A stretch of DNA of 63,011 nucleotides, the filler included, from Reticulomyxa filosa (Eukaryota; Protista; Foraminifera), in NCBI GenBank assembly GCA_000512085.1. It is 23 parts of 23 records of this genome, joined end to end, with 100 filler letters (N's around TTAATTAATTAA, not from the genome) between each part and the next. Parts side by side here need not be neighbours in the genome. Positions count along the whole stretch, not along the records: positions 23,766 to 26,903 come from ASPP01026065.1; positions 27,004 to 33,649 come from ASPP01012869.1; positions 33,750 to 34,859 come from ASPP01008127.1; positions 34,960 to 36,074 come from ASPP01001900.1; positions 36,175 to 37,611 come from ASPP01025931.1; positions 37,712 to 41,021 come from ASPP01020734.1; 17 more parts are not named here. One strand, given 5' to 3'. Of the stretch, positions 26,035 to 38,938 are shown piece after piece. Made by a program: the position numbers and the translations under genes. Positions within the stretch are counted from its first letter, which is position 1. The number at the start of each line of letters is the position of its first letter. The notes beneath the pieces were generated by a model. The model ran no database searches. It saw only the letters and a list, made by a program, of their open reading frames with translations, and was not told where the DNA came from.

Positions 26035-26868
26035 ATGCAACGACCAGAGGAGTTTTTGGCAAAAAGCTCCATAGAAGAATTTCAGACGTATGTGGAGAAA
26101 TTGGAGGACATAGAATGTACTCGTTTGCATCTAGCATTGAACGATCTCATAAAAAAAAAATCCAACAACGAGTTACCACGTATGCTATTTTTCTCAACCT
26201 TTACCTTCTTTCTTTGGTCCCCTCTCTTGCATTCCTCTCTTTTACCGGAAATTTTGGGTTTGATAGAACCCTTTTTTTTTTTTGTTCCGAGAAGGAGGAG
26301 AAGATTGAGGGAAAGACAAGAAAAAGAAGCATTATCCAAAAAAAAAAAGAAGAAAAAAAGAGTACACAGAATGAATGCACATACACATACCATAGCCTCT
26401 CCTCTGTTAAAAAAAATGAGCAAAAAAAAAAAAAAAGGAAAATAGTGTGTGTATATAATGAACAACAACGTCAGTGACACGCGCAATATCGGACACGAGG
26501 AATGAAATACCAGGTAGGGAAAAAGCGAAAGGGAAAGACCCGAGCCGACATTCGAAGCGAAGAAGAGCGAGATCAGTAACGAATCAAAAGGCGGAAGAAA
26601 CGAATAGCAGTGACAAATCGCCAAAGAAAAAAAAAAAACAAAAAAAAACAACGAAAAGCAAATCAAAAAAAAAGCATAAAAAAGTGAACCCAAGCAACGG
26701 TGAGCCTAGCATTGCCGCACAAGATGCAGACGCAAATGCACATGAAAAGAATATTTGGGATGATATTTCATCACTGTCGAGTTTGCATTTGAGTGATAGT
26801 GACAATGGAGGGTCAAATATTAAAAAAAAAAAGGATATCAATAGTAACAACAATAATAATAATAATAG

Positions 26869-26903
<35 letters not shown>
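26035..26903 (+). CDS. Hypothetical Lys/Asn-rich protein, spliced, 3' truncated
   Basis: Coding-like first exon MQRPEEFLAKSSIEEFQ... and a K/S/N-rich exon at 26474-26903; no family recognised. Confidence 0.5.
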
Positions 26904-28006
26904 NNNNNNNNNNNNNNNNNNNNNNNNNNNNNNNNNNNNNNNNNNNNTTAATTAATTAANNNNNNNNNNNNNNNNNNNNNNNNNNNNNNNNNNNNNNNNN
27001 NNNTAACAGTAGATTATACTTTTTCTCCCATCTCTCTCCCGCTTTTCGTTTGTTTTTTTTGTTTTATTTTTTTTTTTTTTTTTGCTTTTTTCTTTTTTGT
27101 CTTTATTTGATTTGTTGTTAATTTTTTATTTTAATTTTCTTTTTTTCCCCACATTGTTTAGGTGTCAACACTACGTTGGTAGTGGGAGTTGAAAAAAACC
27201 TTGCCAAAACATCACCAAAAAAAAATTTAGTTAAAAACTTAGCAAACAAGCACAATATTCTTTTCTTATTGGTGAAAATGCTGATCCTTCAATAACTATG
27301 TTTGTGAATTGAGCTTGTTTGTGTGTTTTTATCAGCCTTTGTGGCTTCGTTGTAATGTTGAAAAACATAATATCAATGTGATGGCTTCGTTTTGTTTCAG
27401 TTGGTTTTTTTGGTTTTTTTGCTGTTTTTTTCTTACTTTCATTTCCGTTTGGTTTTTGTTGTTTTGTTTTGCTGTTGTTTCTTTTTATTCGGTGGCAGAT
27501 ATCCCATCTGCTCGATGTGGGTTTAAGGCACGTTTTCCTTACCGTCACATAACTAGCAATTTCAAAGCATTCCAAACTTGAGTAAACGACAGCCACCGAA
27601 ATAAAAAAAGTATTTATTTTTTTAAAAGATTTGTTTTATTTTAAAAAAATATATGTTTCTTGTAGTGCTCAATTCAACAGCTTCAAAACAAGAACTAAAG
27701 AGAAAAACTATTAATACTTTATGTTTTAAGCAAATATGAATGCAGAGAATTAATAAAAACGACAGATCTTTACTTAATTGTGATAAATGGTGCTATTGAA
27801 ACAAAGGTACATAAATTGCGTGGATTGATTCAATACTGTTGGGTGCTACCAACTTGATTTTAAAGAAGAAAATATTGTGTGGAGCTATTTCATTTAAAAT
27901 GTGTTTTAATTGAACAGTTATTAGCCAAATAAATGTTGCTTTTGGTAACGCGAACTTTTCCCCGAAACGTAAGGGGGAAAATATCATCAATTCTCAAATT
28001 AAAAAA

Positions 28007-29727
28007 ATGAGATTTCGTTTACCTGTTCAATTTGACTCATTACAACAAGATACAAAAATAATAGTTTCTTCTAGTACTGTTATAGATGATAAATCTTACC
28101 TTCCAAAGAAGCGCCGAGGGGTCAGAGCTGAAACTGTCATGTTTGTCGTGTTCTTGACTTTAACAATTGTGTTTGGTGTAATAATACTGAATACGGACTC
28201 TGAAGGAGACGAATCCAGCGTCCAGAATTTGAATAAGTTTATTGAAGCCAAAAAGCCCGAGTGGGCATTTGGCAACAAAGAGGACATTATTGCGAAAGAA
28301 CCGAGTGAGTATACAAAAGACGATAATAACAAATGGCCAGAGCGGTTAAAAGTGGAGTGAATATATACAACTCTGACACTTTGATGAAGAAACAATTTGA
28401 AATGTGTTATATAACAGCCAGACAGCAATACAAATAGATATAGAAAAATATATGTGATTTGACATGTAATGTTCTATTGGGAAAAAAAATAAATGAAGAA
28501 TAGTCCTTTGGCCAGAAATCCTCGTTACCAAGACGTAGATATTGTATTGCTATATCGATCAACAATATTTGGAGGGAGTCCCGAAAACTCATTTATAAAG
28601 AACGATTTTAAGACGTATACGTGTAACATTACGAATGAGAAAACCAATGAGATTTGGCAAAGCAATGTGAAAGTGTTGTTGACAGCCGATGAGACACTGA
28701 GCAAGTACGCACACAGTTGCATCTATCATGGAGCCGATGTTCGATATGGACAGCGCATTGTAACAAAAAAAAAAGAGGGTGAGCCAATTTTAATTTATCA
28801 CACAATGGAGTCCCCTGCGTTGACAAGTGTATCATTGGCGGATGAGTCCACGGCAAAACAATTTCATTTGTTAATGAGCTACCATTTTGATAGCGATATA
28901 TTCTTGCCATATATCGGACGAGGGACATTACGATTGTTAATGGACAAGCTTATCCTTGTACCTTTTCAGCAAAAAAATGCACAGTATCCGCTAGCTTGGA
29001 TCGGAAGCAATTGTGATGCACAAAATGGACGACAAGATTATTTGCGGTCTTTGTTCCAGCACATCCCAACACATAGCTATGGCAGATGCTTAAACACAAA
29101 TAACCTTTCGGTGTGCAATATTTTATAGTTAACCCTTGTCTAGAAAGAAAAATTAAAAATTAAAAAAATAACCACTCTCTTTCCATAATAAGAGTGGACC
29201 TACATACGTATACAATACTTATTATATGAAAGGCCAATCGAGGCAGTGGTGCAATGTCAAAAATTATCTCACAGTACAAGTTCTATATTGTCATGGAAAA
29301 TTCCAATTGCAAAGACTATATCACTGAAAAATTGGGTAGTGCCATCATTTCTTCGACTGTCCCTGTCGTTTTCAGCGTCAACGGTACCACTCCAAATTAT
29401 GACAGATATATGCCCAAACATTCGTATATTAATGCCTTTGACTTCCCCTCTTCACGACATTTGGCAGACTTTCTATTGAAAGTTAGCCAAAATGAGACTT
29501 TGTATAATAGCTATTTGTGGTACAAATTTGAGGCACTCAAGTCCACTGAGAGAAAGGAGCAAATCTGGAACGAAGAAATATTGCCGAGATATCTTCACAA
29601 AGAGACCCATCTTCATTGGTGCAGAGCTGCCAACAGTGTATTCAACTTCCTATTCCACAATAAAAATAAAACTTTGCACGCTGATAAATCTTGCCAACGC
29701 AAAAATATTATGAGTGAGTTCATTTGA
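28007..29727 (+). CDS. Alpha-1,3/4-fucosyltransferase (GT10), type II membrane protein
   Basis: Single N-terminal TM; TMESP, LMSYHFDSDI, WIGSNC, HSYGRC and the signature YKFYIVMENSNCKDYITEKL. Introns at about 28345-28503 and 29111-29232 restore the frame. Confidence 0.95.
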
Positions 29728-31150
29728 TGTGTCATTATTATTTTAAATTTCAAGAGTTATTGCATTTAATAAAAATTGTCTTGTAAGTAAATTCCAAATA
29801 TTTCAACTTATCAGCATTTTTCTTCTTCGTTGATGGGATTTATTCAATTTTATATGAATATACAAATTTTCCTTTTTTTTAATTATCTACTTATCTAATA
29901 ATAATAAAATAAATTATTTTAAACATTTAATACAAATTAATTGTACATCTTCATTGCTGAACTTTAATGATTAACAACATGAGATTGTAGAATAAGTTCC
30001 TACTATAAACGACAAACAAAGTTATACAAACAAGTATCTCATTATTGAAATTTGAACGAAAATGTTTTGTTATTACAAAATAACAGATTAAATAAACGTT
30101 GCTACATTGAGAAGAGCTTCAAAGATTTCGAATTTATATATACAAACTTTGCTGATTTCCATGATCCAGTGTGTCTATAAAATAAATTATTTTATTTTGA
30201 TTTTTCAATGTTATATTTTCTTAACAATCAGAGTTTTTAAGTCAAGTAATGTAATTCTTTAACTTTTTTTCAAAACCAAACACTTACATTGTTCTCTTTC
30301 ATTTAAATTCATTACTTTTTCCAAAAATGTAATTTCGCAAACTTGTTGATTGGTTTTTAAAAAATTTTTCAAGGAAAATAGCATACACAATCTGAGAATA
30401 GCAATTCACATTGATAGTCTGCGCATTTGTTTATGAGTCGAGTTTATTATATATAACTTTTAAAAAGACATAAACAAATTGACATTTGAATATCATTGTT
30501 AAATGCATAAACATAAATATTTATATGTTATTTAGAAAAAAGTAACAAAAAATATTTTTAATTTTATATATAATATTTTTATCTTTTTTCTTGTGATCAA
30601 AGTCTTTCATTGCATTCGTTAATAAACGTTAGGTACAGTAAACTAGAATAATTGAATTACTTTCTTTTCCAAAGTAGCAACAATGACTAAAAGTTTGTAA
30701 ATCATTTGATTATTGTATATGTCTGCAACTACAATTTTCATTGTCTTTTTGTGTAAATGGAATGGCAGTCGATTTGATTAAACTATACCAATCATAATGT
30801 CCAATCAATTGTAAGATATAGTAATCTTAGTCTAAACTAAATATGTTTTTAATTACAAGTAATTCGTATTTAAATATAAATATTTTATTTCTTTCTTTTT
30901 TAATTTTTGTTTTAAATTTTATATCTTTATTATGTTGTCTTCAATAGTATGATGAAAATTTTGTAATAAATCTTTCGTAAGACAATATACGTTTATGTAT
31001 ACCCTTTTCGCATACTGTGTGTATTTATTTATAAAAATTTTTACGCAAACATTTGTATGCGTAGTATGTATATATTATATATATAAGTGTAAGATTATGA
31101 GCTTAAAGGCACAACGAGCTGAAAGACTCTATGATATTAACTACACGAGC

Positions 31151-31230
31151 CACACATAACTCTTCAGCGCGACACATAACTCTTAAGTGCAACACATAAA
31201 TCAATTGACAAACATAACTCATGAACTCAA
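31151..31230 (+). repeat. Degenerate ~20-bp tandem repeat with an ACACATAACTC core, about 4 copies
   Basis: cacacataactcttcagcgc / gacacataactcttaagtgc / aacacataaatcaattga / caaacataactcatg. Confidence 0.7.
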
Positions 31231-31922
31231 CAACACTTAAATATATAATTTTTTTACAATACATACCCGACTACTGGTCGTATAATAGTATAAAATTTTA
31301 TCTTCGTTATCTTCTGTTACTTCATCGTCAGCAATCACTTCTTTCAATTTGCGTTTGGTTTTTTCCTTTTTCGTTTTTGTATTCGCGTTTGTGTTTGTGT
31401 CCATGTTGATGTTTGTATTAATATTCTTATTCTTGTTTATGATTGTCTTCTTGTTTGTGAATTTTTTTGTATTAGTGACAAGTTACTTTCGTATTATACT
31501 TAAGTTATCATCACTATTCAAACACATACTTTTCTTCGTTTTGGTGTTTTTACTTATTTGTCTATTTTCTTAAGCCTTTTTGTTTTTTGTTGAAATTCGC
31601 CGAAAGTGATCTTCTAACCGAACACAGTCTTCTTCAATAGAAACAGTTTTTCCATGTACTGACAACACTTATGCAAGTGCTTTGATGCTTTTGGGAAAGA
31701 TTATATTATTAACTGATATCCAAAATTGTCTAGCAATTATACATATTTGTTTGCAACATTGAGCGTTGTACTTGCAAGCAGTACAATGAACTTTCAAAAA
31801 GAAGCACAAGCTACAAGTGTTGACACGCTCACTTTGTTAGCCTTTGCAAAAAAAAATTTAGAAGACTGCGTTGCTACTATTATTTTTAAAAATTTATTTG
31901 AATTTTCATAAGAGTATTACCA

Positions 31923-32636
31923 ATGACAACTCCAAATGTGCCTTACCAACCGAACGTACCTTACCAACCAACTGGTCCAACAGATATAGTGCCTGACCAA
32001 GCGCACGTAATAGTTTACGAGCAAGTCCCCCGATCGTCAGTCGATATCATGTGGGAGCGACGGCACGCGATCTTGGCAAGACTACACGGAAAAAGCTGCT
32101 GTCTTTGTTTTTCATATCCTACTGGCATAAGTGCGTGTTACCTTTTTTTTTTTTTTTGCTTTTTGTTTTTGTATTGTTGTGATCATTTTCAAAGCAGTTA
32201 CGGTTTTTTTGTTTATTTGTATGGTGTGGTCTAAAATTTGTTAGAGGTTTTATCAGCTTTTCAGATCATTATGTGGATTATGTCGAGTATCGTAACCCTG
32301 GTAGACGGCATGTGGTGGATGTGGATAATCACCTTGTTGGCGACCGGCATGTGCTACTTTGGTTATACTGGGGCAGACAAACTTGAGGAACAACGCCTGA
32401 AATATTACCTTTTTTATTTGATTACCGTCGCGTTTGTTTACATTACTATCGCGATTTTGTATGCTGTCACTGGGAATATGTTAGGGATTCCTGGGTCTGT
32501 TATATCCCTTCTTTTGGTGTTGTATTGGATCTACGTTGTTAGGGATTTCATGCACGTTATTCATGAGGTTGACCACGGCACTGGTGGGCTGTTGGCTCAG
32601 CCTCATCATCATGGTCATCATGAAAATTATCATTGA
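31923..32636 (+). CDS. Four-TM membrane protein (LAPTM/DUF4728-like) with His-rich tail
   Basis: SCCLCFSYPTGI followed by four hydrophobic segments; intron 32131-32244; ends HHHGHHENYH; N-terminal PNVPYQ repeated twice. Confidence 0.65.
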
Positions 32637-33072
32637 AGTGTAAGATGTAGTACTGTGTTTGTGTGTAGTTATGAATAATTTCACTTATAAGTAGTCACTC
32701 GATTTCCGTTTTAAATAATTGTTACAAAGTGGAGTAGCTTTTCGATCCAATAAAATAGTTTCTCATATTTGTTGTAGCACCATAAGAGGTTGAGATTTAG
32801 GGATTGTGCTTATTTTTGCTTATCTTTCATTTTTAGGTAAACTCGATATAAGGTTTCAATTGATCCAGAGACGGAAGATATAACAAGCCTTGCTAGAGCA
32901 AAGAAGAAAATTTGAGTCGAGCGGAAAATATAGACAAACAAACAAAAGAAAAAACGTTTTTAGAATATGCAATGTCCGTTGTTCTTAAAGACAGTGTTGT
33001 TCCATCGTGTTGTACGTCATAAGAGTTTTTTTTTTAAAGCGCGTCATATATCTATAATATCTCTATATCGTT

Positions 33073-33649
33073 ATGACTATGGCAACTGAAGAAGCTAACA
33101 ATCCAGTTCCTGTTGTTTCTGGCACAGTAATTTTTATTTATTTGTGGTTGCTTTGTGATCACCGTTATTGAAACAAACAAAAACAAATCATACAGAGATC
33201 ACGCAAATCGTTGTCGATTGACGAGCTCACATCCCGTCTGGAAGACATAACAGGAGCAGAGGACATGGAGGATAGCCATGACTCAAAAGAGAACCAAGGG
33301 CATCCGGAGAGCGGAGCAGTTCAAGATGTAGGATCTTTGAGTGAAAAAGAGGACCGGAATATAGAATCAAGCAAGACAAAAGAAGCAGGAGACACGTCGA
33401 AGCCTCCAACAGGCGAAGAGGAAAGCAGCAAGAAAGTGGAGCTTGTGACAGCGATCAACACAGCAAGCGCGCCACCGGATTTATTGAGCGTGGGCAATGT
33501 GACAAAGGGGGCAGCAGAAGGACAGAGCAATACGGGCAGTGTGGACAGTAATGGCGATCTCAATAGCAATAGCAATAATACTACTACTAATAACAATAGT
33601 ACCAATGCTAATAAAAATGACAATGGCAACGACAATAATAATAATAATA
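33073..33649 (+). CDS. Hypothetical disordered acidic/Asn-rich protein, 5' part
   Basis: MTMATEEANNPVPVVSGT|RSRKSLSIDELTSRLED...; phase-0 intron 33127-33195. Confidence 0.6.
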
Positions 33650-33749
33650 NNNNNNNNNNNNNNNNNNNNNNNNNNNNNNNNNNNNNNNNNNNNTTAATTA
33701 ATTAANNNNNNNNNNNNNNNNNNNNNNNNNNNNNNNNNNNNNNNNNNNN

Positions 33750-34844
33750 CAAAACAGAAAAGTAAAAAATGTTGAATTGGTGAAATTCACAGCACGTGGA
33801 CTCTTTTTGACGGATGATATAAATGTGGCTAATCTGCCTTCACAAACACTTGCACGGAATAAGCTGCTGATACTGGTTGGTACAGACACCATTTGTCGAG
33901 GGATCGACTTTCCAAATGTAAATCTTGTGGTCAATTACAATTTCCCACCGAACGCAGTGGAGTACTTGCATCGCTGCGGGCGAACAGGACGAGGGGTCAT
34001 TCGCAATCGCAATCGCGACAGCAATGAACATACCGCATTTGAGAAAGTGCTGTCCTTTTTCAATGAGTACAATATCGATTTGGCGTGGAATCTGCAGATT
34101 GCTTTGGTCAATCAACATGAAACTATTTTAAACCAACAAAAAACATTGGATCGCGCAAAATCGGATGATAACACCAGGAACGACGCAAACGCTTCTTTTG
34201 AAAAAAACGACAAAAGAAATGCATCTAATGTCGGCATCAGGTCCGTTCGTTTCGCAGATTACTTTTGCAATAAGCATGAGCGTCTTTCTGAGCTCAATCG
34301 ATCCAAAGTGAAAATGTCCCGGCCTCGATATCATGAAAAAAAGGTTGATTTGGGTCGAGTCGACTTTGAAGACTGTGATCCGGCCATTCATGAAATTTTG
34401 AAAGAACGCGTGCAGGAATTGATACAAACAAGCCCCAAGGCCTCATCCGCGGGACGTTCACCTGGTAATAATCGTCATCAAAATAGAAAAGCGGATAGTA
34501 AAGAGTCACAGAATGATAATAATGATGGTAATAATGATGCGGTCGACAAGGAAGAGCCGACACCGGAAGAGCGCATTGGTGAAATTAGGTTTGAAGAAGA
34601 TATTAGAGAGCAATCCAAGGTTCAACAAGCAAAACGCATGTACTTGAAAAAAGCGAAAGATGAAAAAAAGAAAAAAAATACGCCTTTGCAAAAAAGAAAA
34701 GGTACTACCAAATATGATATTGATGAATTGTTTGCAAGTGGTAAATTTCCCAAGTGGGCTAGAAGGGTGCCTTTCTATGAAACTGATATCAATTATTCCT
34801 CATCCAACGAAGATGACACTGACAATAACAACTCCAAACGATAG
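33750..34844 (+). CDS. DEAD-box RNA helicase, C-terminal RecA domain and tail (5' truncated)
   Basis: Motif V LVGTDTICRGIDFPNVNLVVNYNFP and motif VI YLHRCGRTGR. Confidence 0.9.
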   Translation, partial: QNRKVKNVELVKFTARGLFLTDDINVANLPSQTLARNKLLILVGTDTICRGIDFPNVNLVVNYNFPPNAVEYLHRCGRTGRGVIRNRNRDSNEHTAFEKVLSFFNEYNIDLAWNLQIALVNQHETILNQQKTLDRAKSDDNTRNDANASFEKNDKRNASNVGIRSVRFADYFCNKHERLSELNRSKVKMSRPRYHEKKVDLGRVDFEDCDPAIHEILKERVQELIQTSPKASSAGRSPGNNRHQNRKADSKESQNDNNDGNNDAVDKEEPTPEERIGEIRFEEDIREQSKVQQAKRMYLKKAKDEKKKKNTPLQKRKGTTKYDIDELFASGKFPKWARRVPFYETDINYSSSNEDDTDNNNSKR

Positions 34845-34998
34845 ATTTTTTTCACTTAANNNNNNNNNNNNNNNNNNNNNNNNNNNNNNNNNNNNNNNNN
34901 NNNTTAATTAATTAANNNNNNNNNNNNNNNNNNNNNNNNNNNNNNNNNNNNNNNNNNNNTTCCATTTGATTCAATCAAAACAAATTTTTTTATTAAGA

Positions 34999-36074
34999 TT
35001 ATCCCCAAATATAAATTAAATTATTTTTTGAACCATAACACAAATTAATACCACAACAACTATCATTATTGCTTATTCTATTCTTTTTTAATTGTAGAAA
35101 GTTAAGACATAATATTTCATTATATTCATCATCACTTCCATTGATCGCATACAATTCATTCTTGTTTATGGTATTATCATTTGATCCAGAACATATTACC
35201 ACCAACTTCATTATTACTTACTACAAATGGTGAATAGTCAACAGCACATACAAAATTTGTATGTCCATTGAATGATTGAATATGTTGATCAGATCGAATA
35301 TCTCACAAACGAATACTTTTATCATCTGATCCAGATAATATTGTATTTGCACCACCACTAATCACTAATTCATTTGATCTATATTTTACACTTCTGATTT
35401 TACTGTTGTGTCCTTTAAAAAGCAATACATTGTTTTGTTATCTCAATCTCCCATGTACTAACAGTTATATCAAATGATCCAGAACAAATTGTATCCAATG
35501 CTATTACTTTTATTGTTATTGTTATTACTTTGTAATGGTGAAATATTAACACAATAAGCAATATTTTCATGTCCATTGAAAACATGTAATGATTTGAAAT
35601 GTTTCTACATCTCATAAACGAATGTTTCTATCCCACGACGAAGGACAAATAATACTATGACAATTGTTATAATGATGATATTCTGAAAATTTCACACAAC
35701 ACAATTCAGATGAATGTTTATCAAATGATTGAATTTGTTGATTGGTCTCTATATCACATACATGAATTGTTGTATCATCTGATCCAAAACAAATAATTGA
35801 CCACCATTGAATGTAAAGTAATCAATACTATTCACCCAATCTGTATGTCCAGTGAAAGTTTTGAGTAATTTGGATAATGAACGAAACACATCAAATGTGA
35901 AGAAGTTAGTTGCCTGTATTATGTTGTGAACAATGAAATATCTTGTTATTGAATAAAACAAAACAAACAAACTTAGCATATTTGACAACAAGTTTATCAA
36001 AATCATAAATCCATCCTAATTTAATGTTTAATATTCGAATCCAATGTTGAATAATTATTTGAATTTCATCTTCT
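34999..36074 (-). pseudogene. Expanded-family WD40 pseudogene
   Basis: EDEIQIIIQHWIRILNIKLGWIYDFDKLVVKY, KLLKTFTGHTDWVNSIDY, ICSGSFD, LSGSDDKSIRL*DIRS, ending LCYGSKNNLIYIWG; many stops and frameshifts. Confidence 0.85.
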
Positions 36075-37754
36075 NNNNNNNNNNNNNNNNNNNNNNNNNN
36101 NNNNNNNNNNNNNNNNNNTTAATTAATTAANNNNNNNNNNNNNNNNNNNNNNNNNNNNNNNNNNNNNNNNNNNNCAGTCCAATGGATTAAAATAATTGAC
36201 AAAAAAGTAAAAGAGAACCTGGACTGTGTTTCGTTGTTGCCATCATAAGCATCACTGTCTGCGCTTGATATCACCACATCCATTAAGAAGCTTCAATTGA
36301 GGATACACTATGCGAAAGTAGTCTATGAATAGGATTGCACAAAGCCACCACTTGCAGATGCGAATAACCATTTTAAAACGAAAGTAAAATTGACATAATG
36401 TCTTTTTACTTTTTAAAATATATCCAATGCATTATCCTCAAAATCTTCTTTTTATTCAGCATCATCATCCAATTCCCCCTATCTTCATTTTCTTTTTTGC
36501 GAAACTCCAAGCCAGTATCACAAGCAAACATCATCTACCAAATTGAGTCACGATATCGGAAGAATAGTCCAATGTGAGAGTGGCTCACTCAATCACCATA
36601 CAACATCATATTCTTCTTTGTCTTTCTTTTCTTTGGCCAATTCAGTCGCTGCTGTCGTTGTGATACCGCAATGTTGATATCGTTTCGTTTCCATTTTACG
36701 CGATATTATCACGTCTTTTTTTTTTTTCCTTTCTTCTTGACGAAGCTTACCTTTGTAGTTGTATAGCGCCAAGATCCAGATCGTCAACGATTAAACTATG
36801 AGAATTTTTGTTCAACGATTCCAATGGCATACAAAATTCGTTCGTTCTCGTCTCCCTTTTGATAGGAGACATACTTTGATCTTGGATAATGATCGTTGTT
36901 GGAAATTTCGCACATCTATTCAACAATTTTTGGATTGACGATACCATGGGGGAATGTACCATTTGTCTTTTCTTTTTTTACTTTTGACGTATTCTTTTTT
37001 GTTGCTTTCTTGAGTACCATCTAACAAGTCTCTCGTGGTCAATAGTCGATACTGGAGGCAGTTTATTAAAGATAGCTTTGTCCACAGACAATACAATAAG
37101 CTATCTCTATCTATTCACAGATTATCAATGATCAATGTTACCTTCAAACTTACTATTCTTCCCATTAACACATGCATGATTTAAAATCCAAGATTTGCGC
37201 ATGTGCGCACGCACACAAAACTAGTTTCGATTGTTGTCATCAGTTTATAAAATTAGATTGCCATTTCCATTACGACAAATTTTCCATTGTTCGTTGGCCC
37301 AGTATATTGCATTTCGACACAACCTTTGCGGATAATTGTTGGCATAGCACAGCGTCAGAGACTTGTGTCTGTTCAAGTTAATGATAAACAAATTCTTTAC
37401 AATATTTTGGGCTACCACTGCCATATTCGTTCAACAATTTCTACTGGGATGCGCTATGATAAGTTAGTCTACGGCCTCGAGTGGCGATTTTGCGCGTTTC
37501 GAGACTTAAAAGAGTAAGTCAATAACCAAGTTCAATAAAACCTGTCAACTTATTATTATTATTATTATTTTTTTTTCTCCTTTAAACAAATCCAACGCAA
37601 TACAGACTTGANNNNNNNNNNNNNNNNNNNNNNNNNNNNNNNNNNNNNNNNNNNNTTAATTAATTAANNNNNNNNNNNNNNNNNNNNNNNNNNNNNNNNN
37701 NNNNNNNNNNNTTTTTAAAAAAAATTTTTTTTTAAAAAAAAAAAAAAAAAAAAA

Positions 37755-38584
37755 ATAAACAACACTCCAAACTGCATAATGCTTTGCCAAAGGTAACAAA
37801 AATGTAAAAAATGTCTCCGTATCTTTGATTTGACTCGTTTGTAAGGTTTGCTTCAGAAATGAAAGCGCCAAAAATTGTGTGTCACAATTAGAATGGTTGT
37901 TGTAGTGCAATGATTGCTGATGCAACAAGTAGTCGAAGATACATTTGGTCTCTGCTGACATTGCTCTGGTCATTGTAATCGGTGTTCCGTTCTTATTGGT
38001 CGGATTGCAATAGCTGATTGCCTCATTCAAATATTTACTCTCACGTAAATGTGTTGGGTTGTTCCAATGACTCATACAATATTTCACCACTGTCTCTGCA
38101 AATGTGTCTTCTTTTTTCATTTCCTTCTTTCCTTCCAACGCTATTGTCAATCTTTTTTTTTTTTACTTTCTTCATCTTCCTCCTCTTCCTCTTCTTCTTC
38201 TTCCTCTTCTTCTTCCTCTTCTTCTTCCTCCTCTATTTCTACTTCTTCTTCTTCTTTTTCTTTTTCAAAGTTACTTAACACCTTTAATAAAAATATCGAG
38301 ATTTCCTCTGTACTACCCATTTTCGTCTCATTTTTGTCGACAGTTGCTACCATTTCTCTTGACTGCTCCATCAGATATTTCACAAACTTGCTCATTGATT
38401 CTTTGATGTGTGAATCATAAAACATCCGCAAATTTTCCGCTTCTTTGCTTACATTGTGTCTTCGCAAAAAGTCCACAAAGTTTTCAAAGGTAAACTTTTC
38501 AACATTATAAGTTTCCAATAAATGCGAATGAATTGTGTTTATTAATAAAGTGCCAGGAGAATTATTTCTCAGGCCTAGAGCCAT
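37755..38584 (-). CDS. Hypothetical protein with poly-Glu tract, 3' truncated
   Basis: ORFs 38147-38584 and 37656-38150 join if one A is added in the run at 38153-38164. Confidence 0.55.
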
Positions 38585-38938
38585 TTCAAGTGCAGTTTTG
38601 AACGTTTAAGAGCAACACTTTTTGAAAAAAAACTTTACTGTGAAGAACGATTTGCTGTTGCTCTGTATTTCAACGCAAAGCACAGCAGTTTGTCACGTGC
38701 AAAACAAACATTGGTTAATTTTAAACATTACTTGTAAAAACAAATTTTTTCTTATTTTTCATTTTTTGGTTTTTTACATAACAATGAATTTTTTTGTTTT
38801 TTTGTTGTTTGTATATCTCAAACTTTTAAGATTGCTTGATGGTTTATTAGGAACTAGTCAAAAAGGGGGAATGGCTTAGTACTCGTTATTTTTATCATTT
38901 TTTTTTTTCCCTGTGGAAGCAATATAAAATTTTGAAGA

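Noticed and set aside
36175-37611. Coding-like fragments on both strands
   Set aside because: Stops occur in all frames and no motif is recognisable; probably decayed sequence.
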